A DNA stretch of 64,000 nt. Origin: Octopus sinensis. Lineage: Eukaryota. Below, one piece after another: positions 12,100-23,677 of this stretch. How positions within the stretch are numbered: position 1 is the stretch's first letter; the number at the start of each line of letters is the position of its first letter. The notes under the pieces were generated by a model, which did not search any database, was not told the DNA's origin, and worked only from the letters and a program-made list of their open reading frames with translations. The DNA lies in the NCBI RefSeq assembly GCF_006345805.1, contig NC_043006.1, positions 51,088,001-51,152,000 of the forward strand, written 5' to 3'. Made by a program: the position numbers and the translations under genes.

Positions 12100-12349
12100 T
12101 TACAGTCTGTTGTAAATGAAATCATTACCTTAAAGTGAATGTGTTTGTGTGACCGCGTGTGTACCGTTGGCGATTTTTTTTTCTCCGTGTTCCCTTCCTT
12201 GGATCTTTCCTTTTCCTATGTTTCTGACGAAGAGCTCCACTCGAAACGTTAAATCCTCCTTCTTTCTTTCCTTTCCTGAGCGTCCAATAACATTATACTT
12301 GTTCCACATCCTCGCGTTGTGTTTTCTCTTTGTGTTTTCATATTTGGAT

Positions 12350-12360
<11 letters not shown>
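12100..12360 (+). mobile_element. PLE-type tail fragment
   Basis: Carries a hammerhead motif and ends at (TA)n. Its 3' part matches the reverse complement of 21600-21692. Confidence 0.6.
12220..12254 (+). ncRNA. Minimal hammerhead ribozyme-like motif (canonical CUGACGA core)
   Basis: GTTT-CTGACGA-A-GAG(CTCCA)CTC-GAAAC-GTT-AAAT. Confidence 0.65.
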
Positions 12361-12388
<28 letters not shown>

Positions 12389-12512
12389 CAAAATGGGACA
12401 AGAACGCAAAACATCCAGATAGACGATACAAAAAACAAGGACAGGTCATTCGAAGCCTTTTATCCTCAGTCAAAAACCAGATCATCCTCGCAATTTCGGC
12501 TGATTAATCTTG

Positions 12513-12607
<95 letters not shown>

Positions 12608-13344
12608 AATGATTGAATGAGCACAAACATTTAATCACGATAAATAACTCACCTGTACAAGTTGTTCAGTAAGAAATTGCTAAAATTCATCTATTGTCTA
12701 CGACAAGGTGAGTCCACAATGTGTGTGTGTGTGTATTCTCTACTGTTTTTAATTCTTCATCTAAGGAAGGAGCTGGTTTCTAACAAAGATACAAAGCTCC
12801 ATCGTTAGAATGTAGATAAAAACAATGTCACGTTTTAAACTTGAGAAAAGTCTTACACATTTTTACTGTTCCACTCACGGACTGTAGTTGTAATGTGAGA
12901 GGTAGTTGGTTAATTTCTTTTTCTGCAAACCCTAGCTTATCCAGATTGTCGCTTAGACATTTACTCACAAAACCAAGCACTCCAGTTATTAGTAGTATAA
13001 ATGTAGATTTGTAATCTGGATATAGAAGCTGGAGGTTCCAAAGCAATTGTCCATAGTTATCCTTGTTCTCATAGAATTTCAAAGAGATATTCACACCAGT
13101 TGGACAGCTGACTTCTGTGACCTCTATGTATGTATGCATGTATGTATGTATGTATGTATGTATGTATGTATGTATGTATGTATGTATGTATGCATGTATG
13201 TATGTATGTATCTTCACTTTTGAAGGAAAGAGTTTTTCACCTAGGTAGCTGAAATTTTGCGTAAGAGCAACATCTTTTGAATTAGATCATAGACTATGTG
13301 ACATTTTAGTTTCTACATTTGTTTATTATTCTTATGCTCAAGTG

Positions 13345-13665
13345 AAGGCGCATGGCTCAGTGGTTAGAGCATCGAGCTTACGACCGTGAAGTTGTGAGTT
13401 CGAATCCCGGACCGGGCTGTGTGTTGTGTTCTTGAGCAAGGCACTTTATTTCACGTTGCTCCAGTTAACTCAGCTGTAGAAATGAGTTGCGACGTCACTG
13501 ATGCCAAGCTGTATCGCCCTTTGCCTTTCCCTTGGATAACATCAGTGATGTGGAGAGGGGAAGCTGGTATGCATGTTTTCCACAAACAACCTTGCCCGGA
13601 CTTGTGCCTCGGAGGGTAACTTTCTAGGTGCAATCCCATGGTCATTCGTGACCGAAGCGGGTCTC
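13345..13665 (+). mobile_element. tRNA-derived SINE, family C
   Basis: A box TGGCTCAGTGG and B box GTTCGAATCC, followed by a conserved body. A near-identical copy lies at 48093-48405. Related heads occur at about 20785, 52965 and 60585. Confidence 0.85.
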
Positions 13666-13904
13666 CGCAATTATTATGCCCAACTTAGAAAGAACATTTT
13701 CTGAAATGTTTGGTTGCAACAATTTTACGTGAACCAATATTCTCAGACCAAATCAAGATTGTCAACCTCTCTTTAATGCAATTTCACCATAAGAAATTAT
13801 ACTGTCCTTCAAAATGTCTAGCTTTGTACCTAAGTTGGAAACCATTATTAGCTCATCGGACAAAACATTATTAACTTAGTGGAATTTGAACTCAGAACGT
13901 AAAG

Positions 13905-14112
13905 ACCCTAATGGCATTTCTTCCGGTTTTTAATGTTCTGAGTTCAAATTCCGGCTTTTTATGTTCTGAGTTTAAATTCCGCCGGGGTTGACTTTGCCTT
14001 TCATCCTTTTGGGTCGATAAATTAAGTACCAGTTGCATACTGTGGTCGATCCAATCGACGGGTCCCTTCCCACAAAATTTAAGGCCTTTTGCCTATAGTA
14101 GTAAGGATTATT
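13905..14112 (+). mobile_element. SINE-like repeat, family A (most abundant in the window)
   Basis: Body ttctgagttcaaattccgcc...ctttgcctttcatcctttcggggtcgataaa...aggccttgtgcctatagtagaaagg followed by an (ATT)n tail. Further copies at about 9120-9420(-), 26040-26730(-), 30115-30725(+, three), 31390-31600, 32095-32285, 38335-39050, 51036-51215(-) and 59220-59300(-). Confidence 0.85.
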
Positions 14113-14124
14113 CTTCTTATTATT

Positions 14125-14670
14125 ATTGAGTGAGAGAGCAGCGCATGCCATCAAAGTGACACTGGAGTAAAATATACGAAGCTCAATATACCCATCGTGA
14201 CTACCCGTCTGATAAGGGTACACAAGGCACATGATCACAACCATATGTGCGCGACGTGGTGATCTCATAACAAGATAAACAGCACATGACCTCGCAAGTG
14301 GGGCCCAGTTAGAATTTTCTTCATGTTGAGTAGCCCATCCTGCTCAAAAAGTCCCTGAATAAGGTTTGTTTAAGGATGATGAACAAAATACCTATGTTTA
14401 TAGAGGCGAATTATTCAAATCCCAAAGAATTCCTATGATGCTCCTCCACTACTTCTGCTCGTGATCAGAGAGGCACATATCGCCGCCACTAAGGGACATG
14501 CTCAACTGGTTAAGGTCAAACAACTGACGAGCAAATTGGTGGTATGGATCAGAATATTTGCTGTAGCCCATCTTTTATACCAAAACAAAACAATGTACAT
14601 GATAACACTTCCATTCAGTTAAGATCAGAAGCCACGAGAGCCACTGTTTGGTACTGTATTAGGGCATTTA
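14125..14670 (-). mobile_element. About 550-bp non-coding interspersed element embedded in (TAA)n (family E)
   Basis: Clearly homologous copies at 30795-31360 and 49375-49932, each beside trinucleotide TAA/TTA tracts. No coding signature. Confidence 0.8.
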
Positions 14671-14681
14671 TCATCATCATC

Positions 14682-14733
<52 letters not shown>

Positions 14734-14744
14734 TTATTATTCTG

Positions 14745-15228
14745 TAGTCTTATGTTTATCACGTGCTTTCACTGCACTACCGAGCGCAGCTCTGTCTGCT
14801 TTAGGCATGTGCTGTGGTTTGTTGCGATGCTCTTGTTTTTACTATATTGAAAGTGTTTTACATAGGTGTTTGCGGTGCCTAGTAGTGATATTTTCTGTAT
14901 GTTATTTGTACTTATTAGTTCTGGTGTTTTGGTTATGTATTTGTCTGAATATTTTTTTATCATACCTAATGCGCCTACAATGATAGGAATTGTTTCTGTT
15001 TTTAGACTCCATATTCTAGGTATTTGTAATTTGAAAGTTTCTCCGTTTCTTTCAGGGAACCATTGTCATCTGTGGGTATTGATACATCAAACAGAAAGCA
15101 TTATTTTCTTGATGATCTTTGGCAACTATATCCGTCCTATTGGCCTTAATTTCTCTATCTGTGTGTATTGGCATATCCCATATATGGTTGCTTTCTCATT
15201 TTTTGTGACCTTTTCTGGCGTGTGCCTT
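14745..15228 (-). mobile_element. Dong/R4-type non-LTR retrotransposon 3' end (restriction-like endonuclease, RLE)
   Basis: HTPEKVTKNEKATI, (H)TDREIKANRPDIV and PIIVGALG motifs. Flanked on both sides by (TAA)n. Confidence 0.8.
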
Positions 15229-15260
15229 ATTATAATAATAATAATTATTATTATTATTAA

Positions 15261-15307
<47 letters not shown>

Positions 15308-15308
<1 letters not shown>

Positions 15309-16020
15309 CACGATTCTCTCCAGTTTTTACGTTCTGGATTGTCATGCTTCAATTCTTTCTCCGCAACTTAGAAATGCAGCGTTTTCCTCAACACAAGCGC
15401 AAATCTGAGTACGGTCGCTATGTACTTCCAGTGGTGTCTAATAGTTCCAACTTCTCATGCGGGTTTTTTTTTGTGTGTGGTCTTTGAGATGGTTCCGATT
15501 GCACCAATTGCGATGGATAACACGCTACACTTGAAGATCTATGTAAACGCTGCACTTTAAATGCCAGGTCTTGATATCTTTAGGCTTTCTCGTTTTCTGG
15601 GTTGACGGTAGTTCACTAGCTGTGTCTACGAGAATATGACGAGTGAACTACCAATTATTGGCCCCATGAATTTATTTGTGGATTTTCACTCATAGAAGAT
15701 GTCATACTAGTTTACGTGTAGAGCTTATTTTGGGGGAAGAATTGATGAGTAAACCTTTGGGTGAGCTTTCGAAGTGGTTTTCTATGTTCTTCGTGGCATA
15801 TCTAAGGTTGACGTAGATATTCCGTTTTATAGCCCACCTGCTTATGACTTTGCGTTGATTTCTGCTTGAGTTCATTGTAAATTCCTTTGCTTACCTCATT
15901 TAAATTCGTTGTTTTGCTTCCAAATATTTTTTGAATGATTCTATTGTTTTTAACTCCCTTTTGTAAGAAATTACTATTTTAAAGAAGGTAGTTTTTATAG
16001 TTCTTTATTTCTTGGGCATT
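15308..16020 (-). mobile_element. Second, degenerate Dong/R4-type fragment
   Basis: Minus-strand translation includes EKA*RYQDLAFKVQRL...IAIGAIGTISK (RLE C-terminus) and ends in (TAA)n. Confidence 0.6.
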
Positions 16021-16129
16021 TTCATGATTTGTATCTGAGACTACTTTTTCTTGTATTGTTTTCTTTTACATAGCCATTCGACAAATAAACATCGATAAAA
16101 TATCTAGTGCGAAGAAGGCGTCTACATTT

Positions 16130-16510
16130 TCTCTCTACTTTGTATCTGCAAAAGGCAAAGCGCTCACAAGGCGGCCAGAAGAAGCGATTTAAGGACACAC
16201 TGAAAGCCTCACAGAAAACCTTCAACATCGACCATGACACTTGGGAGCAGTCTGCTTTAGACAGAGAAGGGTGACGATCAGCTGTCCACAAGGGTGCCAA
16301 CACATGCGAGACCAATAGGATCGCTGCTGCAGAAGACCGCAGACAAGCCAGGAAGAACAGAGCTAACAACCCTGTAGCAGGCGCTACCATTCCCTGTCCA
16401 CACTGTCAAAGACTCTTTCGGGCGCAGATTGGCCTCACTAGCCATCTGCGAATTCACAAAACAAGCCCACCCCCACCCCAGGATGACTTGATGGTCTTCG
16501 TCGCATCGAC
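16130..16510 (+). mobile_element. RTE-clade LINE 3' fragment
   Basis: Plus-strand translation GKRSQGGQKKRFKDTLKAS...WEQSALDR...CPHCQRLFRAQIGLTSHLRIH. Confidence 0.85.
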
Positions 16511-16839
16511 GGACAAATTACATACAAAGTACTTTGTATCTAAATCCATATTGTATTTCCTTGGTAAATTTCCTATAAAACTATCCCTTATCATTCGGCC
16601 ATCTTCACCACCATGCAGTCATACATACCAAGTGCTAAAACATATCCTGGTGTTTCAAACCGATAAGGCCACAGATTATGATTACGTCCATTTTATTACT
16701 CTCAACCATTCCACTCCAGCGGTAACTCTTCAATTTCTCTTCACCCTCACCATCTCCCTTTCCATTTTCTCCTCTTTCACACTCTCCTCCTCTCCCTATC
16801 TCTCTTCTTTCTTCCCATCTCTCTCTCTCTCTCTATCTA

Positions 16840-16885
<46 letters not shown>

Positions 16886-16899
16886 CTCTCTCAGTCTTG

Positions 16900-17470
16900 T
16901 TCCTTAATGATCACCAAAGTGGCTTTCGTATAGTTACCGCTACCTTAGACCTACTCTGTTATACCATTCATCAGCAGGCCTCGAGATATTTAGGGAAAAT
17001 ACTGTTCTTGCCCTCAGCATCAGCAAAGCTTTCAGCCACACTTGACATATAACTCATCTGGCAAAACCATCTTCTTACGAGCACCATCCGTCTCCCATCT
17101 CTTGGACCAGTGGTTTCCTGTCCTCTTTCTAATTAGATGATACCATTCTCTACTCCTTTCTGACATTCCGCATTCAAGCCCCAACTGCATGCAACCTAGG
17201 CACCTCGTGCAAAGCCCGTGCCTACTCAACAAATGGAGTCCAACAACACATCTTCCAGTGGGAAATGCCAATCTTGTCTACTTCCAGACCACAAAGGAAC
17301 AATCATTACACCTGTCAAGAAAACATCGTACTCATCAGATTAAGCATGAACTGAACGCTACTAAAGCCCTCAAGGTTGCTTAAAATTTTTATGCAAAGAA
17401 GTCAATATTCAGTCACTTTTGCAGCAATCAGATGAAAAGTATCGACTAGCATGAATTTTGACTGCTCCTT
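16900..17470 (-). mobile_element. Degenerate RTE-like LINE fragment
   Basis: MSERSREWYHLI...KRWETDGARKKMVLPDEL resembles the RTE post-RT region. Highly decayed. Confidence 0.45.
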
Positions 17471-17713
17471 GCAGCACAGCAAAGTCACGATATTCTCATG
17501 TATGAATGTATGTTTGTACGTACGTACGTACGTATGTATGTATGTATGTATGTATGTATGTATGTATGTATGTATGTATGTATGTATGTTTTTGCATGCA
17601 TGTAGGTAGGTAGATGGGTAGGTAGGTAGGTAGGTAGGTAGGTAGATAGGTAGGTAGGTAGGTAGGTAGATAGGGAGGGAGGGAGGAAGGGAGGTACTTT
17701 ATTTGTGTATTAA

Positions 17714-17820
17714 GGCTACTATTGGTTTCAGGTCAAGGAAACTTTTAACAATTATCAAGCCTATCACATTGGAACATCGGTATTATTAAGAGCTTCTTTA
17801 ACAAGAAACCAATGGTAGCC
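17714..17820. mobile_element. 107-bp MITE with TTAA flanks (Kolobok-like)
   Basis: TTAA|ggctactattggtttc ... gaaaccaatggtagcc|TTAA: a 16-bp TIR with one mismatch. Confidence 0.6.
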
Positions 17821-18154
17821 TTAATCTACAAATAAAAAATCTTTATCCACCAATGCGGTGTTGAGCACTCGTTCTCATTGTTCGATATTTGCATGTGTGT
17901 GTGCGTGCGTGTTTGTGCGAATATGTGCGTGTGTGTGTATGTATGTATGCATGTATGTATGTATGTATGTATAACGAGAGAGATAGGGAATGAAAGAGAT
18001 GGATATATATTCATGAGTTCAAACAAGAGAAAGACTAATCCATACACTGTGTATGTGCACGCGCGCATGTATGTGTGTGTGATTTTTATATGTGCGTGCG
18101 CGCGTGCATGCGTGCGTGTATGCGCTTGTGTGTATGTGTGTGCGTGCTTGCGTG

Positions 18155-18198
<44 letters not shown>

Positions 18199-18643
18199 TG
18201 TGTTTGTGTGTGTGTGTGTATGTGTGTGTGTGTGTGTGTGTACACATATACATACCAGAAGATATTTTGGAGATGACGGCATCGGAAGTTATTACTCTCG
18301 TGCTATAAGCGCTTGTAAGACGTCAATGAAGTGAAGTGGTTCCAATTGGTAATTGAAACCGCGTCGCAATGTCTTGCGTGATTGCTGTTTATACTCTGTT
18401 TTTCGAATTGCGCAGTAGTGTCTTTACGTACCGTGATGCAAAGTATTTGTGGCTTTGCGTTTTGGGTATTTTATGTGTGTTAGTTTGCTTGTTTGTTTGT
18501 TTGTTTGTTTTTTATGCTATTTTTCAAACGGGAAGCAACCTCTTCATTAAATGATTTTTCATTAAGAACAAGTTGTGTTGTGCTAGCAGTAGTATGGTGG
18601 TGGTGATGGTGGTGGTTTTGGTTTTGGTGGTGGTAGTAGTGGT

Positions 18644-18805
18644 GGTGGCGGCAGCGGCGACGGTGGCGGCAGCGGCGACGGTGGCGGCAACGGCGACGGT
18701 GGCGGCAACGGCGACGGTGGCGGCAACGGCGACGGTGGCGGCAACGGCGACGGTGGCGGCAACGGCGACGGTGGCGGCAACGGCGACGGTGGCGGCAACG
18801 GCGAC
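18644..18805. repeat. 18-bp GC-rich minisatellite, 9 units
   Basis: Unit GGTGGCGGCA(G/A)CGGCGAC within (GGT)n low-complexity flanks. Confidence 0.9.
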
Positions 18806-20039
18806 GGCGGCGGTGGTGGTAGTGGTGGTGGGGTCGTGGTAGTGGTGGAGCCGTGGTGGGGGGGGGTCGTGGTGGTGGTGGTGGTGAGGTCGTGGTGGTG
18901 TGGTGGGATCATGGTGGGGGGGCGTCGTGGGGGGGCGTGGTGAAGGTGGAGTCTGGGTGGTGGTGGGATCGTGGTGGTTGTGGTGGTTGTGGTGGTGGGG
19001 TCGTGGTGGTGGTGGTTTTGATGGTAATGATAATTGTTAGCGGGGATGGGAACGGAGGAGATAAATTATATAACGATTAGGATAATGATTTATGTTGAAG
19101 ATTATAACGATAAGGTTTGATGATAAAGGCGAATTTTAAGATAGGGATGAGATATGATTGTGATGGCGACGGTAAAGGAAGATTAAAAACAAAACAACGA
19201 TGGTGACAATGATGATTATAATAATGATGATCAGAACAACCATGATGGCCGGGATGAGGATGATGGTGATGATGAGGATGACAATCAAACGCGCACGCGC
19301 GCGCGCGGACGGACGGATGTAGCAAGCATTGTCCATTCGTTAAGAAGTTCGTTTCACAATCAAGAAGTTCTGACTTCGATTACATTCAGTGCTAACTTCA
19401 GCAAGTGTCTGTTACTAAAGCCTCGGGTTAACCAAAGCCTTGTGAGTGGAATTAGGAAAACAGAATCTGAAGGCAAGCCCGTTGGATTGATCGTAGCTGT
19501 GATTTAGAGACTAAAAATTTATATAAATATAAATATATAAAATGTAAACTGCACATTCGTATGAGATCGTTTGAATTCGTTCTAAAACATACAAAGGTCG
19601 GATGAACACATTCAATGCATTGCAAAATCATAGATATTAAAAGATGAATGGGTTGCTAAAAAAGTAGCGATGGTCATTCTATTTTTTCTTCTTTTTTTTG
19701 CCAAATAAACACACGCACTATATATTCGTTCTTCACTCGTTTATTGCTGTTCTTATTTTAATTCATGTCCATTGTCCGGAAATCTTTCGTCACACATCTG
19801 CGACCTCTTCATCAACACTTTCCGTCCTCGTGTATGCTCCTGCTCTGCTTAATTCATTCACCTTAACGAGGATATGCTTTAAGAATGCCGTAGAGCTACA
19901 TCATTAGTCATAAGAGAGCATCTTGTATAGACGTATATTATGTTAAAAAGACACAATATCAGCAGCGGACAAAAAAAAAACATCCAGTACCAACAGTGGA
20001 CCTGCTTGATCACGTAGTTTTGGCGTGTTAGCGCTTCGT

Positions 20040-20400
20040 CAGCAGTAGGCATCCTGTATCACCGTATGCTCGTTAAATGTTGGATGTGATACTGGTAACT
20101 AGGGATGTGAGGAGGAATTCGAAACAGGCGGTGATGAGTTCCGTGAGGCAGTTGTAGGCGGAGACGATCGGGTTACCAGGGTTTTCAGGTTTATGGATTG
20201 GGGGCGGAAATAGATAATGGAGCTGCATAGGATGTGAGCGATCTGGATAGAGGCTGAGGAAAGAGGAGGGAATTAGCTGACGGATGGAGGAGGAAACAAG
20301 GTGTTGACAGTGGGTGTGGGTAAGATCAGAGGACCCGGGATGATAGAAGAGTAAGTTACGGAGCTGTTGCATAGCTTCAGCTAGTCTTTCTTATCGATTT
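20040..20400 (-). mobile_element. PLE reverse transcriptase N-terminal relic
   Basis: PPIHKPENPGNPIVSAYNCLTELIT corresponds to the PKIHK..PGRPIVS motif of PLE RTs. Confidence 0.75.
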
Positions 20401-20924
20401 CGACATGTGACGTCAAGTTGTTCGATCAAATGCATGACCTAGTCATTGAATTGGCTTACTAAGCAGCTGAATATTCCATAAGCAGGCAATTCTCAACTTG
20501 ATTCAGTCTACAGTGTAATAATGCTGGGCCTTTCAATTACAAGTGTTGTCCATCCAGATTCAACAGTTACTATTCGTCTACCTAAATTCACTCAAAAGGC
20601 TAGTATCGATAGAGGTTATAGTAAAGGCAATTGCTGCCACTCGAGACTCCATGGTTCTAAAGAGAGCTTCTTCAACACTCAGCCATGTGTGTCTGTGTGT
20701 GTATACATATGCACATATACGTGTGTGTGTGTGTGTGGTGTGTGTGTGTGTGTGTGTGTGGTGTGTGTGTGTGTGCGTGTGTGCAGGGTCGTGGCTTAGT
20801 GGTTTGAGTGTTGCACTCATGATCGTAAGAATGTGTGGTTTCAATTCTTGGACCAAGCAATATGTTGTGTTCTTGAGCAAAACACTTCGTTTCATGTTGC
20901 TTCAGTTTACTCTCTTGCAGAAAT

Positions 20925-21400
20925 GGACCTTCAGGTTGGTAGAAACCGTTATGGACAGGTCGAACTCTTTGAATATTTTATCAAGTCCTTCCTGAATTGT
21001 ACACGGCGTGGCCATTCGTATGGCTTGAGATAGCCAGGCCATCGTCCCAATACAGGGCTGACCTATGTGGATGGGTACGTTCTTGAAGGTATCCGAAATG
21101 TATAACCCGACGAGGTCGGCGATTTCTTCACCCAGAAGGAATCGTCATGGACCAGAATTGACTTTCTGGCATTTCATGATGATTCTGATATCAAGATCTC
21201 TAATGCTGGTAAATTGTCAAGCAAAAGCTAGGGCTTTCAAGATTGGGGGGGGGGTGGCTAGGGCTGAGATATTGAAGGATAGACGTCAACAATGTCGAAC
21301 TGGATGAATTTGCAGGCTGATTTATTCTCGATACCGCTGAACCAGTCTATTACAGCTGCAACCTCCGAGACAAAGCACTCAGTATCAAGTGGACTAATAT
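20925..21400 (-). mobile_element. PLE reverse transcriptase core relic
   Basis: Minus strand EEIADLVGLYI, LYWDDGLA (the LYRDDGL catalytic motif) and DKIFKEFDLSITVSTNLKV, with frameshifts. Confidence 0.7.
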
Positions 21401-21464
21401 AGACAGGGGTGCCACCATTTTCACCCGGCGCTCCTAATTACCAGCTGTACTTCCGCGAAAAACC

Positions 21465-21547
21465 ACACATACTGTTTCTACTTCGCGGATTTTCACCTAT
21501 CACGGGGTTTTGGAACGTAACACCCGCGATAGTCGAGGGATTACTAT

Positions 21548-21610
<63 letters not shown>

Positions 21611-21945
21611 ATCCAAACAAGAAAACACAGAAAAAAAGAGAAAAAAACACAGCAACGCAGGACGTGGAACAATTAAAGTATTATTGACGCTCATATATAT
21701 ATACTGTTTCTGCTTCGCGGATTTTCACCTATCGCGGGGTTTTTCACCAAAATCCCGCGCTAGGTGAAAATCCACGAAGTAGAAACAGTACTGTACTGTA
21801 TTTTCTTTTTCTTTATTTTTTTTTTATAATTTGTATACATTCATTTTATTATAAATGCAAAACAACACCACCGAGGAATCGACGTAAGCATAAATAATAA
21901 ACCGCGATAAGTGTACCACGATATGACGAGGGATTACTGCATACA
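21465..21945. mobile_element. Rearranged Tigger-type MITE pieces (CAGTAATCCCTCG termini)
   Basis: An end fragment at 21467-21548, a foldback at 21702-21790 and an opposite end at 21898-21941. The same termini bound the element at 41820-42551. Confidence 0.65.
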
Positions 21946-22246
21946 TCTTTTCAAACTAGGCAACTAACTAGGCAACTGATTATATGCATGTATGTATGTA
22001 TGTATGTATGTATGTATGTATGTATGTATGTATGTATGTATGTATTATGTATGTACACGCACGCACAAACACACACACATATTAGAGTGAGTATTCACGT
22101 GGCACAAATCGGAATATCACGATGCACATATACGTAAAGAACAAAACGCATGATCCTACAGCAACAGTTTATCTTCCAAATACATGCAAAAGAAACCTAC
22201 ATGGAAGCAAAAAATACCATATGAATAGCTTGTAAAGGCTTCCGAT

Positions 22247-22285
<39 letters not shown>

Positions 22286-22711
22286 GTGTGTGTGTGTAAA
22301 AACACTATACTACACCTAGTCAAGGTCTGGTATGTCTAAGGCAATAACCTTGTATGGTGAAATTATAGAGCGAGGAATGGGAGTGACGAAAAAAAAAAGG
22401 TGATGCAGGGCCTCAAGAGTGTTGTAGGAGAGAGCTGGAGGTGAGCATCTTCTATGTGTGAAGCGAGAGTTTGTGGGTAGAGGTATTGGTGGAGGGGGGG
22501 GTGAAAATATGTAAAGTACTTGTGGGTGGATGGCTGTATGAGTTTGTGTTAGTTACAGTTTTATAACGGTGGAAGAGAGATGGTGGGGTGGCGGAGAATT
22601 GTGAGGCGGGTAACTCTACTTATCAAAAGCTAATCTTAACGTGTGTAAATTTAGCTGAACGTTTGCACGTGTGCTTTCAATCTCCACCTCTCTCTTTCTC
22701 TCTTTTAGTCA

Positions 22712-22747
<36 letters not shown>

Positions 22748-22809
22748 TTTTCTCAATCTCTTTCTCTGGTCCTCATTATCGGAGGTGCACATACGTGCAC
22801 ACAGATAAA

Positions 22810-23067
22810 GGTACTACTTAAGAAGAGTGGTCCCGGTGCGCGCATCCGCGCTAGCTAGTCGTGACTAGTCGATCCTTACTTTGTGTATTTTGTGTTTTAT
22901 TTATTTTGTTTGAAAAAAATTATTTACTTTATGTAAAAAAATTATTCATTTTGTGTTTTATTTACTTTGCTATGTAGTCGTTGTAGGATCGACTAGTCAC
23001 GACTAGCTAGCGCGAATGCGCGAGTACGCGAGTGCACGCACCGGGACCACTCTTCTTAAGAAGTACC
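22810..23067. mobile_element. 258-bp MITE with 31-bp TIR and perfect 8-bp target-site duplication (TSD) (Merlin-like)
   Basis: CAGATAAA|GGTACTACTTAAGAAGAGTGGTCCCGGTGCG ... CGCACCGGGACCACTCTTCTTAAGAAGTACC|CAGATAAA, plus a second internal inverted repeat of about 35 bp. Confidence 0.9.
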
Positions 23068-23278
23068 CAGATAAATGCATTCTGATACACATAGAAACCC
23101 ATACACGCACACATAGACATACATACAACAGACACCCACACACATTTACACGTTCAATAAATGTACACACAACTACATATACATACAACATACGTGCTCA
23201 TCATACGTATAGAGCTTCAAAAAAATATACACTTAGATACACAGCTGCGCACGTACACACACACAGGCTTATACCTAA

Positions 23279-23677
23279 CTAGCAGTATCGCCCGGCGTTG
23301 CTCGGGTTTGTAAGGGAAATAACTATATAAGCATTTTTAGAGAGTTATAGCCAAAAAATAGCAAAAAAATGCATTAAAAATGGAAAAAAAAACGATGGTA
23401 AATTTTTTTTTAAATCGTTGACTCATCGTAGACATTTTTAGAGAGTTACTTCCCTTATATAATAGCGAAAAAAATGCATTAAAATGGAAAAAAATGATGG
23501 TAAATTTTTTTTTAAATCGTAGACTCATCGTAGACACGCGCTAACACCCAGAAGGGCTCGATATGAATCACGACTATAAGATACCCGGTTTGGTTAACCT
23601 GCACCGCAAAATGTGGGAGTAATTAGGAATCTAAATCGTAGGAGACAGACACACAACTTCACTTTTATATATAAAGA
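23279..23677 (-). mobile_element. Non-autonomous Helitron
   Basis: Minus strand A|TCTTTATATATAAAAG ... CCCGAGCAACGCCGGG hairpin ... CTAG|T, with an internal tandem duplication of about 100 bp. Confidence 0.88.

Noticed and set aside
13345-13420. tRNA-like sequences (also near 20785, 25455, 27495, 32000, 45890, 48093, 52965 and 60585)
   Set aside because: A and B boxes are present but run directly into SINE bodies without a closing acceptor stem. These are SINE heads, not tRNA genes.
18583-18912. Extensin-like proline-rich protein
   Set aside because: Explained by the 18-bp minisatellite and (GGT)n flanks. No signal peptide or gene structure.
20005-20048. Minus-strand CTGACGAAGCG...CGC next to a PLE RT relic
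   Set aside because: GAAA is replaced by CAAAA and no stem I is found. At most an unrecognisable fossil.
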